DNA of 64,000 bases from Felis catus (lineage: Eukaryota), in the NCBI RefSeq assembly GCF_018350175.1, contig NC_058368.1, forward strand, positions 194,806,001 through 194,870,000. The letters are read 5' to 3'. A model generated the notes under the pieces. That model was not told where the DNA came from and ran no database searches. It was given only the letters and a program-made list of their open reading frames with translations. Positions 25,678-39,228 of this stretch are shown here, in pieces. The position numbers were made by a program, and so were the translations under genes. The number at the start of each line of letters is the position of its first letter. The first letter of the stretch is position 1.

Positions 25678-27020
25678 CATCCATCCAACAGTCAGCATTT
25701 TTGGTGTACGGTCTGAGCTGTTACGAAGATCGTCCTAGCGAACACACCGAACAAACATGTCTGCCCTTGGGCTTACATCCGACTGGGGGAGGCGGACGAT
25801 AAGCAAGAAGGGGCAGTGCGGGCGTGGGGGTTGCAATTTTTATGTGGGCAGTTAGGAAGAGCCTCAAGGAGAAGGCAGCAGCATCTGAGCAGAAACTTGG
25901 GCAGGGGGTTGGGAATGAGCCATGTGGGTGTCTGGAGAAAGCTCTCCGGACTGAGGGAAACGCCAGGGCAAAGGTCTGGAAGCAGGAGCATGTGGGGCAT
26001 GTTCAAAACCAGCGAGGAGAATCCAATGTGGCTGCAGCCGAGCGAGCAAGGAGGAGAGCAGCAGGAGAGGAGCTCAGGAAGGTGAGGGAAGACCAGGTCC
26101 CACAGGACCACGTCGGCCATTGTGAGGACTCTGGCCTTTATGTCAAGTGAGACGGGGAGAACCTGAAGGGTATTGATTTGAAAGTGAGGTGATCTGGCTT
26201 ACACTCTGGTTGCTGTGTTGAGAATACATGAAGAAAGTTACAGCAGCAAGATCAGGTAAGAGCTTAGTGCAATAAAGCCAGGCAAGAGATGAACTACGGG
26301 GCTTGAACTAAGAAGAGCTATGAGCATGGTGATGAGCATCAGACCCTAGATAAAATTTGAAGGCAGAGCCATCAGAGTTTACCGACAGAGTACATGTCTG
26401 GGGGCCGGGTCATCAAGGACAACTCCAGGTATGTTGGCCCAAGAAACTGGACAGAGGATTCACCCTTCCCAGAGACAAGGGAGACTGGGTGAAGTAGGTC
26501 TGTGGGACAATAGGAGAAGATCAGGAATTCAGATTCACACGTTAAGTTTGAGTTTCCTTTAAGACATGAAAAGGAGGCATTGAGTAGGCAATTGCATATG
26601 CAAGTCTGGAATGCAGAGAAGTCTGTTCTTTTTTTTTTTTTTTAATTTTTTTTCAACGTTTTTTATTTATTTTTGGGACAGAGAGAGACAGAGCATGAAC
26701 ATGGGAGGGGCAGAAAGAGAGGGAGACACAGAATCGGAAACAGGCTCCAGGCTCTGAGCCATCAGCCCAGAGCCTGACGCGGGGCTCGAACTCACGGACC
26801 GCGAGATCGTGACCTGGCTGAAGTCGGACGCTTAACCGACTGCGCCACCTAGGCGCCCCGAGAAGTCTGTTCTTTAAAGTCAGAGGACTGAACAAGATGA
26901 GTTGGAAAGGAAGCCTGACTAGAAAAAAGGAGAGAGAGGCTCACAGACTGGGCTCTGGGTTACCTTGAAGTTAAGAGATGTTGATGAAAAGGAGAATCAA
27001 TGAGAAAGAAGATGGATAAC
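25678..27020 (-). mobile_element. L2 (antisense) nested in L2
   Basis: 'gccattgtgaggactctggcctttat', 'aggcaagagatga', 'gttaagtttgag'. Confidence 0.65.
26631..26859 (-). mobile_element. Young felid SINE (SINEC_Fc type)
   Basis: CpG-rich near-consensus copy; TSD 'gagaagtctgttctt' 26616-26630 and 26860-26874. Confidence 0.97.
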
Positions 27021-28879
27021 TTTCTACATAGTAGAAAACAACTCAACACCTTGTTTACAACGTTGATTACTTCGGTAATCTAACCCCATCTCTCTCTCCA
27101 CCTTCATCCCCTGACTTCTTCCTTGCTCACTAAGCACCAGCCACAGTGGACTTCGTCTTGTCCCTAAAATAAGTGAAACTCATTCTCCATTCAACACTGT
27201 GGACTCGTCTGGGGAGATCTTCTTTCAGACTTTACAACTGACTTGTCCCTTAAGTGTCAGAGCTTTTACTTTTCTTCCACGGAGAGGTATTCCCTAACCT
27301 ACTCCCTATCTGCCCACATTTTTCTTTATCTTGGTTGACTTACCTATCTAGAAAGATCATTATCTTAAACTTTATTACGTCTTTACATTTCTACTTTCTA
27401 CTTCACCTATCCTCAAATCTGGCTAGGCAAACTCAATGAACATGGAACTGGGTCCCTCTCTCACATTGTGGTAACCCCATCACCAAGATTGAAATGTATC
27501 ATGTAATAAGTGTTCAACAAATGTTTAGGGGATGAATATAAACCAAGATCCAGAGAAGCAGAGTAAGCTTCTCAAGCTCATCTAGAGAGTCAGTGACAGA
27601 AAAAAGGCTCAGGATGAGATTTCTTAACCATACACTGGTTAAAGGTGGTTGTTTGGGTCCAAGCGATTGCAGGCAGAGGGACACATAGGCTGAGCAAAAC
27701 CACCTACGCTCATTTTGAAATTACTGATTGACGAATGTAACCCTCTTTTTCTTGGCCACTTGCCATACTTCATACACTTTAAGCATGAAACTTCAAGCTT
27801 GTAAAATCATTGACCAGCACAAGAAGGGAGCTTGTAGAAGACAAATCATAGTGTATTGGAGCTTAGCTTGGGAAGGGACCACAGTCATTTTTAATCTAAC
27901 TTTCCCTGCTTCCCTTATAATCTCATGATCTTGAAATGTGTCTGGGCAGTGTCCAAGAAAAAGAACGAAACTGATCTACATCTCTACCAGTTACCTGGAA
28001 CCTTTCAGATGTCCTCTGAAGAAAAGATTTTTTTTTCATTTGTTCATTCATTTGACAAATACATAATGAACCAACTCTTCTAGAAGCTGATGACCCAACA
28101 GTGAATAAAACAGATACAATGCTTGCTCTCAAATGCCTACATTCTGGTTAGAGAGGCAGATGACAAATCAGGGAATGAATAAATTAACAAAATAATGTCA
28201 GATTATGTTAGGTGATGAGAAGACAGCCAAATAGGACAATGTAGTACAGAGCATTTCAGATACCTGGTTCCCTGCTCTGGTTCTGACTTAATCTCAAATC
28301 TAGACAGACTTCATGGCTCTCCCTTTGGAATAGTGCTCAGTACCTCCTCGTGGGAATTCACCAGACTGCTTTAGCCCAATCTGACTCCTTATCATAGACA
28401 AGAAACCAAGCCGGAGGCCCAGATCCTCAGGCCATCATGTTCCCGACTCCATTTCATGCCAAATCCCATTACACAGGATGCAATACATCTGAGGGCTGAG
28501 ACCACATGTTTGACCTTGCTAGGTTGCCCCATTGAGCTACTGACTTACTCTTTATATCCCTAACTGAACTGGAGGTTAGTCAGCCAAGTGTCTCTGGCAG
28601 CACACTTGGCTGTGACCCAGACCAACCAGGAGAACAGAAGGAAGCACTGATATCTCTGCAGTGTTTAACACTCACACACATGCTTCTGCCCCTCCATCCG
28701 CTTTGCCCAGAAAAGAAGGGTTGAAGTATACTGGGATAGAGCAGGATGAGCTCCAAGTAGAATAAACACAATAATGTTCCAGCCTAAACAGCTCAGGCAA
28801 CCCCAATCCAGAGTCCTTCACACTTCTGTTAGACAAATCTTTTGGGGTAACTGTATTTACAAACAGGGATTTGGACATC

Positions 28880-29070
28880 ATACAAGCCTAGGTGTGAAAC
28901 CCAGCCCTGCCACTAACCAGCCATGTGACCTCAAGCAAGTTGTTTAACTCTTTAAACCCAGGTTCTTCACCCATACAATGGGAGTAATGCATATACCTAA
29001 CCGGTCAAGTGTGTTGTGAGAATAAAGTAAAATAATACGTCTAAAGCACTTAAGAGTGTCAGGGCACACT
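28880..29070 (+). mobile_element. MIR
   Basis: 'cccagccctgccactaaccagccatgtgacctcaagcaagttgtttaac...aaagcacttaag'. Confidence 0.7.
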
Positions 29071-30399
29071 TGTCACCCAAGAGCTTTAAACGTTTGGAGC
29101 TGGAAGGAAATTTACAGGATACTTATTCCTACATCTTCACTGAACAGATGGGGAAACTGAGGCCCAGAGATGGGAAAGGATTGCCCAGAGATAGACAAGG
29201 GGAGAGCCAGAAGAAAAACCCTCCACCCCTGGTTCCTACATGTCAGGTTGCCTTCCTAGAACTTCTCCAGAAAGAGAAAGCCCAGCCTTGCAGTGGATGG
29301 CTTCAGCATCACAGGCTAAACAAAGCAGAGTACATAAAGCACCAGCTGGTCTTGCTGTGTAACTTGAGACAGGCCAGGATGCTCCTCCACACCCAGGTCC
29401 TTTACCTCATACAGAAATGGCTAGGGACTATGGTGACACTGTCCCAAGACTGTGAGGTCTAGGTATACATGCTCTGTACATTCAATTCAACCACACCAGA
29501 CTCCTCGGCAAACCGCCGAGATCGCTCTGATTCCTCCTCATCCAGGTGTTTATGTATCCACAGGATCAGAGCCAACCACACAGTGAATTGAATTCCCTCT
29601 ATAGCAGGAGGCTTATTAAAGACAATCCCACACTTCCAGAATATAGCTCCAGATTTCTAAGACACTGAATGGCAACTTCCTTGGGCTGCTGAGTGCTTCA
29701 TATTGACCCTGTGACTCAATTTCCAACCTTTGGGAGTTGTATATACACCACATCTACCCCAGTCAGAACATTCTCCAGAGAAGCAGACTAGAGAAGTTGC
29801 TCAAAGATGGTGAATCACATGGGTAGATGACATGATGTGACAGTGGCAGTGGCGAGACAGTATCTAACAGCTTAGGGACACATTTTCTGTTCCAGGCACA
29901 GCACCCAACACTAAGCATTCCCTCATTCAATCTTTACCATAATCCAATGATACATACAGTGTTAAAACTCCAGTTTTCCAGATGAGTAACTAGAGACCCA
30001 GACTGGTTAAAGTAACTGAACCAAGGTCATTAAGTGGTATAGCTAGGATCCAAACCCATTATGCCCTAAATCCAGACCCCATATTTATAACCGCCTCTCT
30101 ACATTTCTAGAAAAGTCTCAGAGAACTTAGGTAGACCAACCTCATATAAAATTTCATTTTATAGAAATGACAACAGTACCCCAGAAAAGGGCATTCATTT
30201 ATTCATTCATTCACCCATCAAATACTAACTGACCATCCCTGTATGCCAGGTACTACATAGGTGGCAGAAAAACATCTATAAGGAAAATGAAGTCCCTGCT
30301 CTCAAAGAGTGTATACACTGATCAACTTCACCACATTGGTTAATGGCAAAGCCAGGACAACTCCAATTTGCCAGTATCCTTCCACTTTGCTAGGCAAGA

Positions 30400-30436
30400 G
30401 CATCATTTAGGGTTATCCAGAGAACAAGGACCAATA

Positions 30437-30486
<50 letters not shown>

Positions 30487-30889
30487 TTATGTATCTATGT
30501 ATATCTGTATCTATATCTATATCTATGTCTCAAGATTTATTTTAAGGAATTGGCTTGTGCGATTATCGGGGCTGGCAGGTCCTAAATCTATAGGGCAATC
30601 TAACAGGCTGGAAACTCAGGCAGAAACTGAGTTGTAGTCTCAAGACTACAAGTCTTTTTCACGAGGAAAGAGTGTTTTCCTCTTCTGGAAACTTGTTTTG
30701 ATCTTAAGACCTTCAACTGATTGGATAAGGCCCATCTACACTGTCAAAGTATCTTAAAGTCCATTGATTGTAGAGGTTAACCACACCTACAAAATACCTT
30801 CACAGCAACACCTAGATTGGCATTTGACTGATACTCGCCAATAGCTGAGTAGACATGCAAATTGAGCCTTGACACACAAAACTGTCACA
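30400..30889 (-). mobile_element. ERVL MLT2-type solo LTR with internal (GT)n
   Basis: 'agatttattttaaggaattggct', 'ccttcaactgattggataaggccca', 'aaaataccttcacagcaacacctaga', end 'tcaca'. Confidence 0.85.
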
Positions 30890-31127
30890 GTGAGTCAGGC
30901 CACCATCCTCCCCATGATTAATTAATTGGTGAGAGCTATACCCAGACTACCCCCAACTTATCTCCTCCCTCTGTGGTCTGCTTCAGTTACAGAAAGAGAA
31001 AATTATTCTCCAGTTCCTTCTATCAAATGTCAACCTGACTTTCTACTTCCAAACTGACAAAACCTACAAATAGCAACACAAGTTTGGCAAACATTGGCTT
31101 TCTCTTTTTCAGAAGATCGCAATCATG

Positions 31128-31385
31128 CTTTTTAATTCAAGTATAATTAACATACAGTGTTAGTTTCAGGTGTACAATATAGTGATTCAACAATTCTAGA
31201 CATTACTCAGTGCTCATTATGGTAAGTGTACTCTTAATACCCATTATTTATTTGACCCATCGCCCTACCCACCTTTCCTTTGGTAACCACCAGTTTGTTC
31301 TCTGTAGTTAAGAGTCTGTTCCTTGGTTTGTCTCCTTTTTTTCTTTGTTTTGTTTCTTAAATTCCACATATGAGTGAAATCATAC
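31128..31385 (-). mobile_element. Carnivore L1 3'UTR fragment
   Basis: 'attaacatacagtgttagtttcaggtgtacaatatagtgattcaacaattc...ttccacatatgagtgaaatcat'. Confidence 0.88.
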
Positions 31386-31437
31386 ACTATCATACTTTAA
31401 TGCGTATCATGAACAAAACTTAACATCTCAATCTCTT

Positions 31438-31677
31438 GGGGCGCCTGGGTGGCTCAGTCATTTAAGCGTCCGACTTCAACTCAGGTCACGATCTCGCGGT
31501 CTGTGGGTTCGAGCCCCACGTCGGGCTCTGGGCTGATGGCTCAGAGCCTGGAGCCTGCTTCCGATTCTGTGTCTCCCTCTCTCTCTGCCCCTCCCCTGTT
31601 CATGCTCTGTCTCTCTCTGTCTCAAAAATAAATAAACGTTTAAAAAAAATTTTTTTTAATAAAAAATAAAAAAAAAA
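31438..31677 (+). mobile_element. Felid SINE
   Basis: TSD 'aacatctcaatctct' 31422-31436 and 31678-31692. Confidence 0.97.
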
Positions 31678-31823
31678 AACATCTCAATCTCTACAGAACA
31701 GCTGTGCGCCTAAATCTTAGCACCTGCTTTAAACATGGGAGGGGGAGAGGAATAAATATGGATCCTATCAAGTTTGATTGTACTTGAATTGAAACTTTCA
31801 AATAAGTAATTAATCAGTCTTTA

Positions 31824-31825
<2 letters not shown>

Positions 31826-31864
<39 letters not shown>

Positions 31865-31876
31865 GAGAGAGAGAGA
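31826..31876. repeat. (GT)n/(GA)n microsatellite
   Basis: Direct reading. Confidence 0.97.
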
Positions 31877-32439
31877 ATTGAGGTACTCCAATCATAACTT
31901 TATAGATACACTGGAATTTGATCCTGAGAAACTATACCAGCAAATAAAGTCATTATCTACTACAAATAAGTACATAGAATTGACAGGGTTAATTGTGTGA
32001 TGGTATGTCAGTGATTTAAAACTTGATTAATAAGAAAACAATGAAGTGATACAGGGAGTGATACGTGTTCTTTTCCTGGCGTGATTGCCTCATAGTGCCA
32101 CATGACCCCTCACATCCTTGGTTTACTCCTGGTAAGAACAAGGAGTGTTACTGGAAGAGTGCCAACTCCAAATGTCAGTCATTCTACACCCTGTGAGATA
32201 GAAAAAAAGAGGTACAATCTCTGACAATGGGCCAGTAAGAAAGAGAAACCTACCAATCTCATAACGTTGCCAAAGGCCAGTTTACCTTCTTCAGCCCAGA
32301 CAACAGAATACCTAGGCTGAACAATACTTATCAAGGTTAAGTTGTCTGGTCAGACCTTCGGTGCAAATAATTAATTTTAATCCTAATACCAGATCACAGC
32401 ACTCTGCCTAGCATGACTTGCTTTTGTGTATTCGGTAAA

Positions 32440-33518
32440 TTTTTTTCAGCTTTATTGAGGAATAATTGGCAAATACAATTATAGATATTCAAGCTATACA
32501 ACATGATGATTTGATATACATATTCATTATATTATGAAATGACTACCTCAAGCAAGATAATTAACACATCCATCACCTCATACAGTTAATTCTGTGTGTG
32601 TGTGGTGAGGATACTTAAGATCTATTCTCTCAGCAACTTTCAAGTATACAAATGCCATATTATTAACTATAGTCTCCATGCTATATAGTGGATCCTCAGA
32701 ACTTATTCTTTCTAAGACTGAAATTTTGTATCATGTGACCTGCGTCTCCCCATATCCCCTCCCCACCAGCCCCCAGCAACCACCATTCTTTCTCTATTTC
32801 TATGAAATCAGCTTTTTTTTTTTTTTTTAGATTGCACATGTAAGAGAAACCGTGCAGCATTTGTCTTCATGTGGCTGATTTAACTTAGCATAATTCCTTC
32901 CATGTTCATCCATATCTTTGCAAATGGCAGGATTTCTTTCTTTTTATGGCTGAATAATATTCCACTGAGTATATATACCACATTCATTTTATCTATTTAT
33001 CTATCAACACTTAAGTCATTTCCACATCTAGGCTACTGTGAATAATACTGCAATGAACATGAGAGTACAGATGTATCTTTGGGATACTGATCTTGTTTCC
33101 TTGGGACATATATCTAGGAATAGAATTGCTGGATTATACGATAGTTCCATTTTAATTTTTTGAGGAATCTCCATACTGTTTTCCATAGTGGCTGCATCAA
33201 TTTCTATTACCACCAACAGTTCCCTTTTCTCCACACTTCACCAACATTGGTCTCTTGTCTTTTTTGGTAACAGTCACTCGAACAGTATAAGATGATATGT
33301 CATTGTGGTTTTGATTTGCATTTCTCTGATGATTACTGAGTATCTTTTCATATACCTATTAGTCACTTGTATGTTTTCTTTGGAAAAATGTCCATTCAGG
33401 AATGGGAGAAGTTATTTGTCGACAATATATCTAATAAGCGAGTTAACATCTAAAATATACAAGGAACTCACAAAACTCAATAGAAAAAAATTCAAATTTA
33501 AAATAGGTAAAAGACTAA
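32440..33518 (-). mobile_element. Older L1 (L1MA-type 3' end) with 5' inversion
   Basis: Antisense 3' end 'cagctttattgagg...' to ~33399, then sense piece 'gaatgggagaag...aaaagact'. Confidence 0.85.
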
Positions 33519-33534
33519 TATTTGGTTATTTGTT

Positions 33535-33992
33535 TTCATATTTTTTATTTAAATTCTAATTAGTTAACATATAGTGTAATATTAGTCTCAGTTGTATGAT
33601 ATAGTGATTCAACACTTCCATACATCACCCGGTGCTCATCACAGCAAGTGCACTCCTTAATCCCCATCACCTATTTTACCCATCTCCCCACTCACCTCCA
33701 TTCTGGTAACCATCAGTTTGTTCTCTATAGTTAAGAATCTGTTTCTTGGTTTTCCTCCCTTTCTTTTTCCTTAACTTGCTTGTTTCTTAAATTCCACATC
33801 TGAGTGCTATCACATGGTATTTGTCTTTCTCTGACTGACTTATTTTGCTTGGCATACTTCTCTCTAGCTCCACCCATGTCATTGCAAATGGGAAGATTAC
33901 ATTTTTTTATGGCTGAGCAATATTCCATTGCATATATATATCACATCTTCTTTATCCGTTCATCAGTCTATGGACACTTGGGCTGCCTCCGG
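33535..33992 (-). mobile_element. Carnivore L1 3' end
   Basis: 'tagttaacatatagtg...ggtgctcatcacagcaagtgcactccttaatccccatcacc'. Confidence 0.9.
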
Positions 33993-34019
33993 ATACACCT
34001 TTAATAATATCTTCTAATC

Positions 34020-35090
34020 ATAGGAGCCCCCATCTCATTCCACTGTTTTCCCCCATCTGAGATAAGCATCATTCTAAATCTTGTGTTTATGTCACCTGCT
34101 TTCCTTTTTGCGTAGTGTTGCTATAGCTATATGAATTATTTTCAAGTTTTTTATTGTAGTTTTTATTTTATAAAATGATTATCAAGCTGAATGAAATGTT
34201 AGTACTTGCTTTTCAAATCCTATATATTAAGTTGCTAAGATTCATCCATGTTGTTGCACATCTCTGTCCTTCATTGCTCTGACTGCTGTATAAGATTCAA
34301 TTGTGTGAATATGACACCATTTACTCAAACACACTCCCTGAAATGGGCATTTGAATAATTCCCAGGTTTTTGCCATTATGAACAGTTATGTTGAACATTT
34401 TTTTTACCTCTCTGCCTGGTATTATTCTATAGAATGGTCCGGGTGTTTGTCAGCCCTTTGTTATTTCATATATATTTTAGAATTAACTTAAGTTCTGTGG
34501 GAGCAAAAAAATGGCTGTAATTTTCATTGGAAATTCATTGAATCTATAGAACAAGTTTAGGAGAAGTGAATCTATGATATTAAGAATTCCTGGGGAGCCT
34601 GGTTGGCTCAGTCAGTTGAGCATCCGACTTTGGCTCGGGTCATGATCTTGCAGATTGTGGGTTCAAGCCCACAGCAGGCTTGCTTCTCTCGGTGCATAGC
34701 CTACTTCAGATCTTCTGTCCTGCTCTCTGTCCCTCCCTCACTTGTGCTGTCTCTCTCAAAAATAAGTAAAACATTTTAAAAAATGAATTCCTATCCATGA
34801 ATGTTGTATATCTCCTAAATAAATATCTCATCACTCTTTACTATCTCCTTAATAAGTTTTATTTTAATAATATTTTTAATAATTATTTAATAATATTTTT
34901 CTCTTTATAATTCTTACACAATTTTGTTAGATTGGTTTCTAAGACCTTGGTATTCTCTAATACAATTATAAATGGTTTCTTCTCTTTATCAGTTTTTGTA
35001 ACTTGTAACTTTTTTAAAAAATCTAAATCCATACCAATTATAATGACAGCTTTTAATACAAAGCTTGACTGCACTATAATCAGCAAAGGA
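34020..35090 (-). mobile_element. Old degraded L1 (L1M-type) fragments
   Basis: 'ctaagattcatccatgttgttgc', 'ttcattgaatctataga', AT-rich antisense L1 character. Confidence 0.5.
34592..34783 (+). mobile_element. Can-SINE (diverged)
   Basis: Head 'ggggagcctggttggctcagtc'; 'gaattcct' on both sides. Confidence 0.9.
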
Positions 35091-35244
35091 AAATTTTAAT
35101 TTTCAATATTGGGTAGAAAGATTCAGAACTGAGACTTTCTCAGACGGTGTAGTTCATCTTTTATGATTTTGGGCTCTAATCCTGAGTCTGCCATTTTTGG
35201 CCTTATGGTCTTAAGTCCTTGCCTTCTCTGAGCTTAATATTGCC

Positions 35245-35809
35245 TGTGATAGCTCACCTCAAACTGGCTGCCATTAATATCTTCCCTTCCTATATACACG
35301 GTATTTCCACAAAGAGAGGTGGAATTTATTCCTCCACTCCCTTGAATTTGGACTGGTATATTATTTCTTTGACAAATAGAAATTGTGAACTTAATATCAT
35401 GTTAATTTCTAAAGATAGGTCATTAGAAGACTTGCAGCTTCTCTCAGGGTGTCTTGGGATGCTCACTCTAAGGGGAGCCAGTCACCATATAAGACTACCA
35501 TTCTGTGAGGAAGCACAATCTAATCATGTGAAGGAGCCAGGTTAAAAGAGATATCCAGTCAACCCACAGTGTGTCCCACCATCATAGCTTAGGCAGGAAA
35601 TATAATAATGGAAAAGCCTTTCAATGAGTCCAGCCACAGATGTCATCTGAATTCAACCTTATGAGAGTCCTCAAATAAGAACTAGTCAGCTGAACTTTGC
35701 CAACATACAAAAATATAAGAGATAATAATAAATTGTTGTCTGAAGCTACTAAACATTGCATAGCTTATGTACCCATCAGAAACAACAAAGCAATAGATAA
35801 CTGAAATCA
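35245..35809 (+). mobile_element. MaLR LTR (MLT1G-like)
   Basis: 'agaggtggaatttattcctccactcccttgaatttggactgg', end 'gcaatagataactgaa'. Confidence 0.7.
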
Positions 35810-36412
35810 ATATTTTTCAGACTGTGATTGGTAGAACTGTAGAATTCCCAGGAAAACCCCTACTGGGAAATAGATTGACTTGTAGTCTCTATGCTGTCTT
35901 CATCACCCCCTTCAGCCAGGAAAGCTCCTTTCTCACCTCTTATAATTGTAGTCCTACAAAGAAATTCTTTAAAAGGAAGAGGAGGGGTAAGACAGGGGGA
36001 GAAAGAAGATAAGAAAAGGCGTTCTAGTGGTATTTGTCTTATAAACCTCAGACCAGATGATCTCTAAGTTTTCTTCTATCATTATCTTTCTATGATGATA
36101 TCACTAGATATATAAAAAAATAATACAATGTCAAATGAGAAATGGTAGTGAGAATTAGGAATGTTTGGTCCAAAGGAGGAATTATTATTATTGTTATTAT
36201 TATTATTATTAATTTCTTCTATTTATATTAGACTACTTTTTCATATAAATAAATCTGGAGTTGATTTTTTCCCTAATACATTCCAAAATATATGCATAAT
36301 TTTTAAAATGTTATTCAACTGTAGGCTAACTAAAATTACAAGTGTTTGTCAAAACACTGGACTAAATGACTCTTCCAATGCTAGTCAAATAGTCTTCAAA
36401 ATATAGTAGCTT

Positions 36413-37470
36413 ATTCCAAAGAAGACATCCAGATGGCTAAAAGACACATGAAAAGATGCTCAATATCACTTATCATCAGAGAAATACAAATCAAAACCAA
36501 AATGAGATACCACCTCACAGCTGTCAGAATGGCTAAAATGAACAACTCAGGCAACAACAGATATTGGCGAGGATGCACTGTTGGTGGGAAAGCAAACTGG
36601 TGTAGCCACTCTGGAAAACAGTATGGAGGTTCCCTGAAAAATTAAAAATAGAACTACCTTATGACCCAGCAATTGCACTACTAGGTATTTATCCAAAGGA
36701 TACAAAAATGCTGATTCGAAGGGGCACATGCACCCCAATGTTTATAGCAGCGCTATCAACAATAGCCAAAGTATGGAAAGAGCCCAAATGTCCATCAACT
36801 GACGAATGGATAAAGAAGATATGGCATATATATACAATGAAATATTACTTGGCAATCAAAAAAACTTATCATTTGCAACAATGTGGATGGAACTAGATGT
36901 ATTATGCTAAGCGAAATAAGTCATTCAGAGCAAGACAAATATATGATTTCACTCATATGTGGAATTTAAGAAACAAAAACAGATGAACATAGAGGAAGGG
37001 AAGGAAAAATAAGATAAAAGCAGAGATGGAAACAAACCATAAGAGAGACTTTTTTTAAGTTTATTTATTTATTTTGAGAGAGACAGACACAGTGTAAGTG
37101 GGGGAGAAGCAAAAAGAGGGAGAGAGAGAATTCCAAGCAGGCTCCATGCTGCTAGCACAGAGCCCAATGTGGAGCTTGAACCCATGAAGCCATGAGATCA
37201 TGACCTGAGCCAAAAACCAAGAGTCAGACACTTAACCGGCTGAGCCACCCAGGTGCCCCAAGAGCAACTTAAATACAGAGAACAAACTGAGGGTTGGCGG
37301 AGAGGAGGTGGGTAGAGGGATGGACTAAATGGGTGATGGCCATTGAGGTGGGCACTTGTTGGGATGAGCACTGGGTATTATATGTGAGTGATGAGTCACT
37401 GGGTTTTACTCGTAAAACTGATACTACACTGTATGTTAACTAACTTCAATTTAAATAAATTAATTAATTT
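36413..37470 (+). mobile_element. Carnivore L1 (ORF2 end + 3'UTR) interrupted by a SINE
   Basis: [29 protein letters not shown] is the L1 ORF2 C-terminus. Confidence 0.93.
37050..37259 (-). mobile_element. Can-SINE nested in L1 3'UTR
   Basis: Antisense head 'gagccacccaggtgcccc'. Confidence 0.93.
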
Positions 37471-37699
37471 AAAAAAATTTGCCTTCATTCCAGAAGCCTG
37501 AGTCAGCTTTCCTCATTTCTTTCAAGGTCTTGTAGATGTCATCATCTTCATCCCTTGAACTTTCTCTTATTCTCTTTATTGGCAAATTCCTATGGACAAA
37601 ATACTCTTTGCCTTTTACAATAAAAAATAATAACATTTATTGAACACTAACTGTATGCCTGTCCCCACACAAATTGCTTTACATAAAGCCTAGATGCTA

Positions 37700-37920
37700 C
37701 TTTTTTTTTAATTTTTTTTTTTAACATTTATTTTGAGACAGAGAGAGACAGAGCGTGAATAGGGGAGGGTCAGAGAGAGAGGGAGACACAGAATCTGAAA
37801 TAGGCTCCAGGCTCTGAGCTGTTAGCACAGAGCCCGATGCGGGGCTCGAACTCATGGACCGTGAGATCATGACCTGAGCCGAAGTCGGAGGCTTAACCGA
37901 CTGAGCCACCCAGGCGCCCC
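37700..37920 (-). mobile_element. Felid SINE
   Basis: TSD 'agatgctacttttt' at 37692 and 37921. Confidence 0.96.
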
Positions 37921-39005
37921 AGATGCTACTTTTTTTTTTAAGCAAAATATAAGGTAACATTTACATTAGCCTAGCTTCATGAGTTTCTTTACTTCCCATG
38001 CCAGGTACCTTTTAGCTTTTGGTCATATAATTACAAAGAATGATGTTTCTTTACTTAATGCTCTAAATGAGATGCCTGTGAAGAGCCCTATTTGGGAAAA
38101 ATGTCAACCCTATCTCGCCAAAAGCTAGTCATATGGCAGCCTCATAACAAGAAAAGGAAAAAGTTCCCAGCTTAGCCTTTTCAGAATGAAATTAATTGTG
38201 AGAATTTCACTCTAAGTCTCTTGGGCACTCACGCCTTCCTCCTCCACTACCCTCCCCACCGCCACTGAGAGTTAGTTATAAATGATTTTGAATTTTCTGT
38301 GCTGAGTAATGTGGTCAGAAATTCACAGAATGGAGAGGGAAAAGAACATTGAAATATGGCTTCACCTTACTACCCCAGGTTCCAAAGACCCTTCAATGCT
38401 ACAGGGATGGCTCTTCCTGCTCCAAAAATCATTAATATTCTCTGTGTCTGCCATTTCTTAGCCTTGACTACTCACCTGAGCTTAGCTTTGTTATTTTCCC
38501 ATGCTGGTACCACTGAGAAGCTGTTAAAATAGCCTTTACAAGCATCTTCTCAAACAGGCCTGAAATCTTACCTGCCTCTCTCTTAAGCAATCCCTTCCCA
38601 CATTCCAGCTAATAAGACATTAATTTTGCATTCATTCAACATTCATTCATTAATTCAGCACACATTTATCAGCTCCTGTTGTGCACCATACATCGTATGT
38701 GATTGCAGCAGGGATACGTCAGTGAATTAATACTCTAATTTCAATAGCTAAAATATATAGAGCCAAATAATTAAAATAGAGGATAGATCAGTCTTCCCCA
38801 CCACCTCTAATCACAGAAGTACTAGTATCATGAAGGCAGAAATTGTGTTCATATATTATATTCCAACCACCTAAAAATGTGGCTGCCCCACGATAACAGT
38901 TAATAAAATATATTTTAAATAAATAGAGGCTGTGAATATTCAGTGGAAAGAAAAGCTATATTGGCTGAGGATATCAGAGAAGATCTCTTAGAAGTAGTAG
39001 CAATT

Positions 39006-39132
39006 GGAGGTGCCTGAGTGGCTCAGTCGCTGAAGAATCCTACTCTTGATTTCCACTCAGGTCATGATTTCATGGTTTGGGAGTTCAAGCCCTGCATCAG
39101 GCTCTGTGCTGACAGTGTGGAGCCTGCTTGGG

Positions 39133-39172
<40 letters not shown>

Positions 39173-39228
39173 CCTCCCCTGCTTGCTCTCTCTCAAAATA
39201 AATAAATAAACTTAAAAATTTTTAAAAA
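39006..39228 (+). mobile_element. Can-SINE
   Basis: Head, CT tract, A tail. Confidence 0.93.

Larger units (their letters stand above)
25140..27540 (+). mobile_element. L2 split by an antisense L2 insertion
   Basis: Sense L2 motifs 25140-25680 resume at ~27040 and end 'gtgttcaacaaatgtttaggggatgaat'. Confidence 0.6.
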
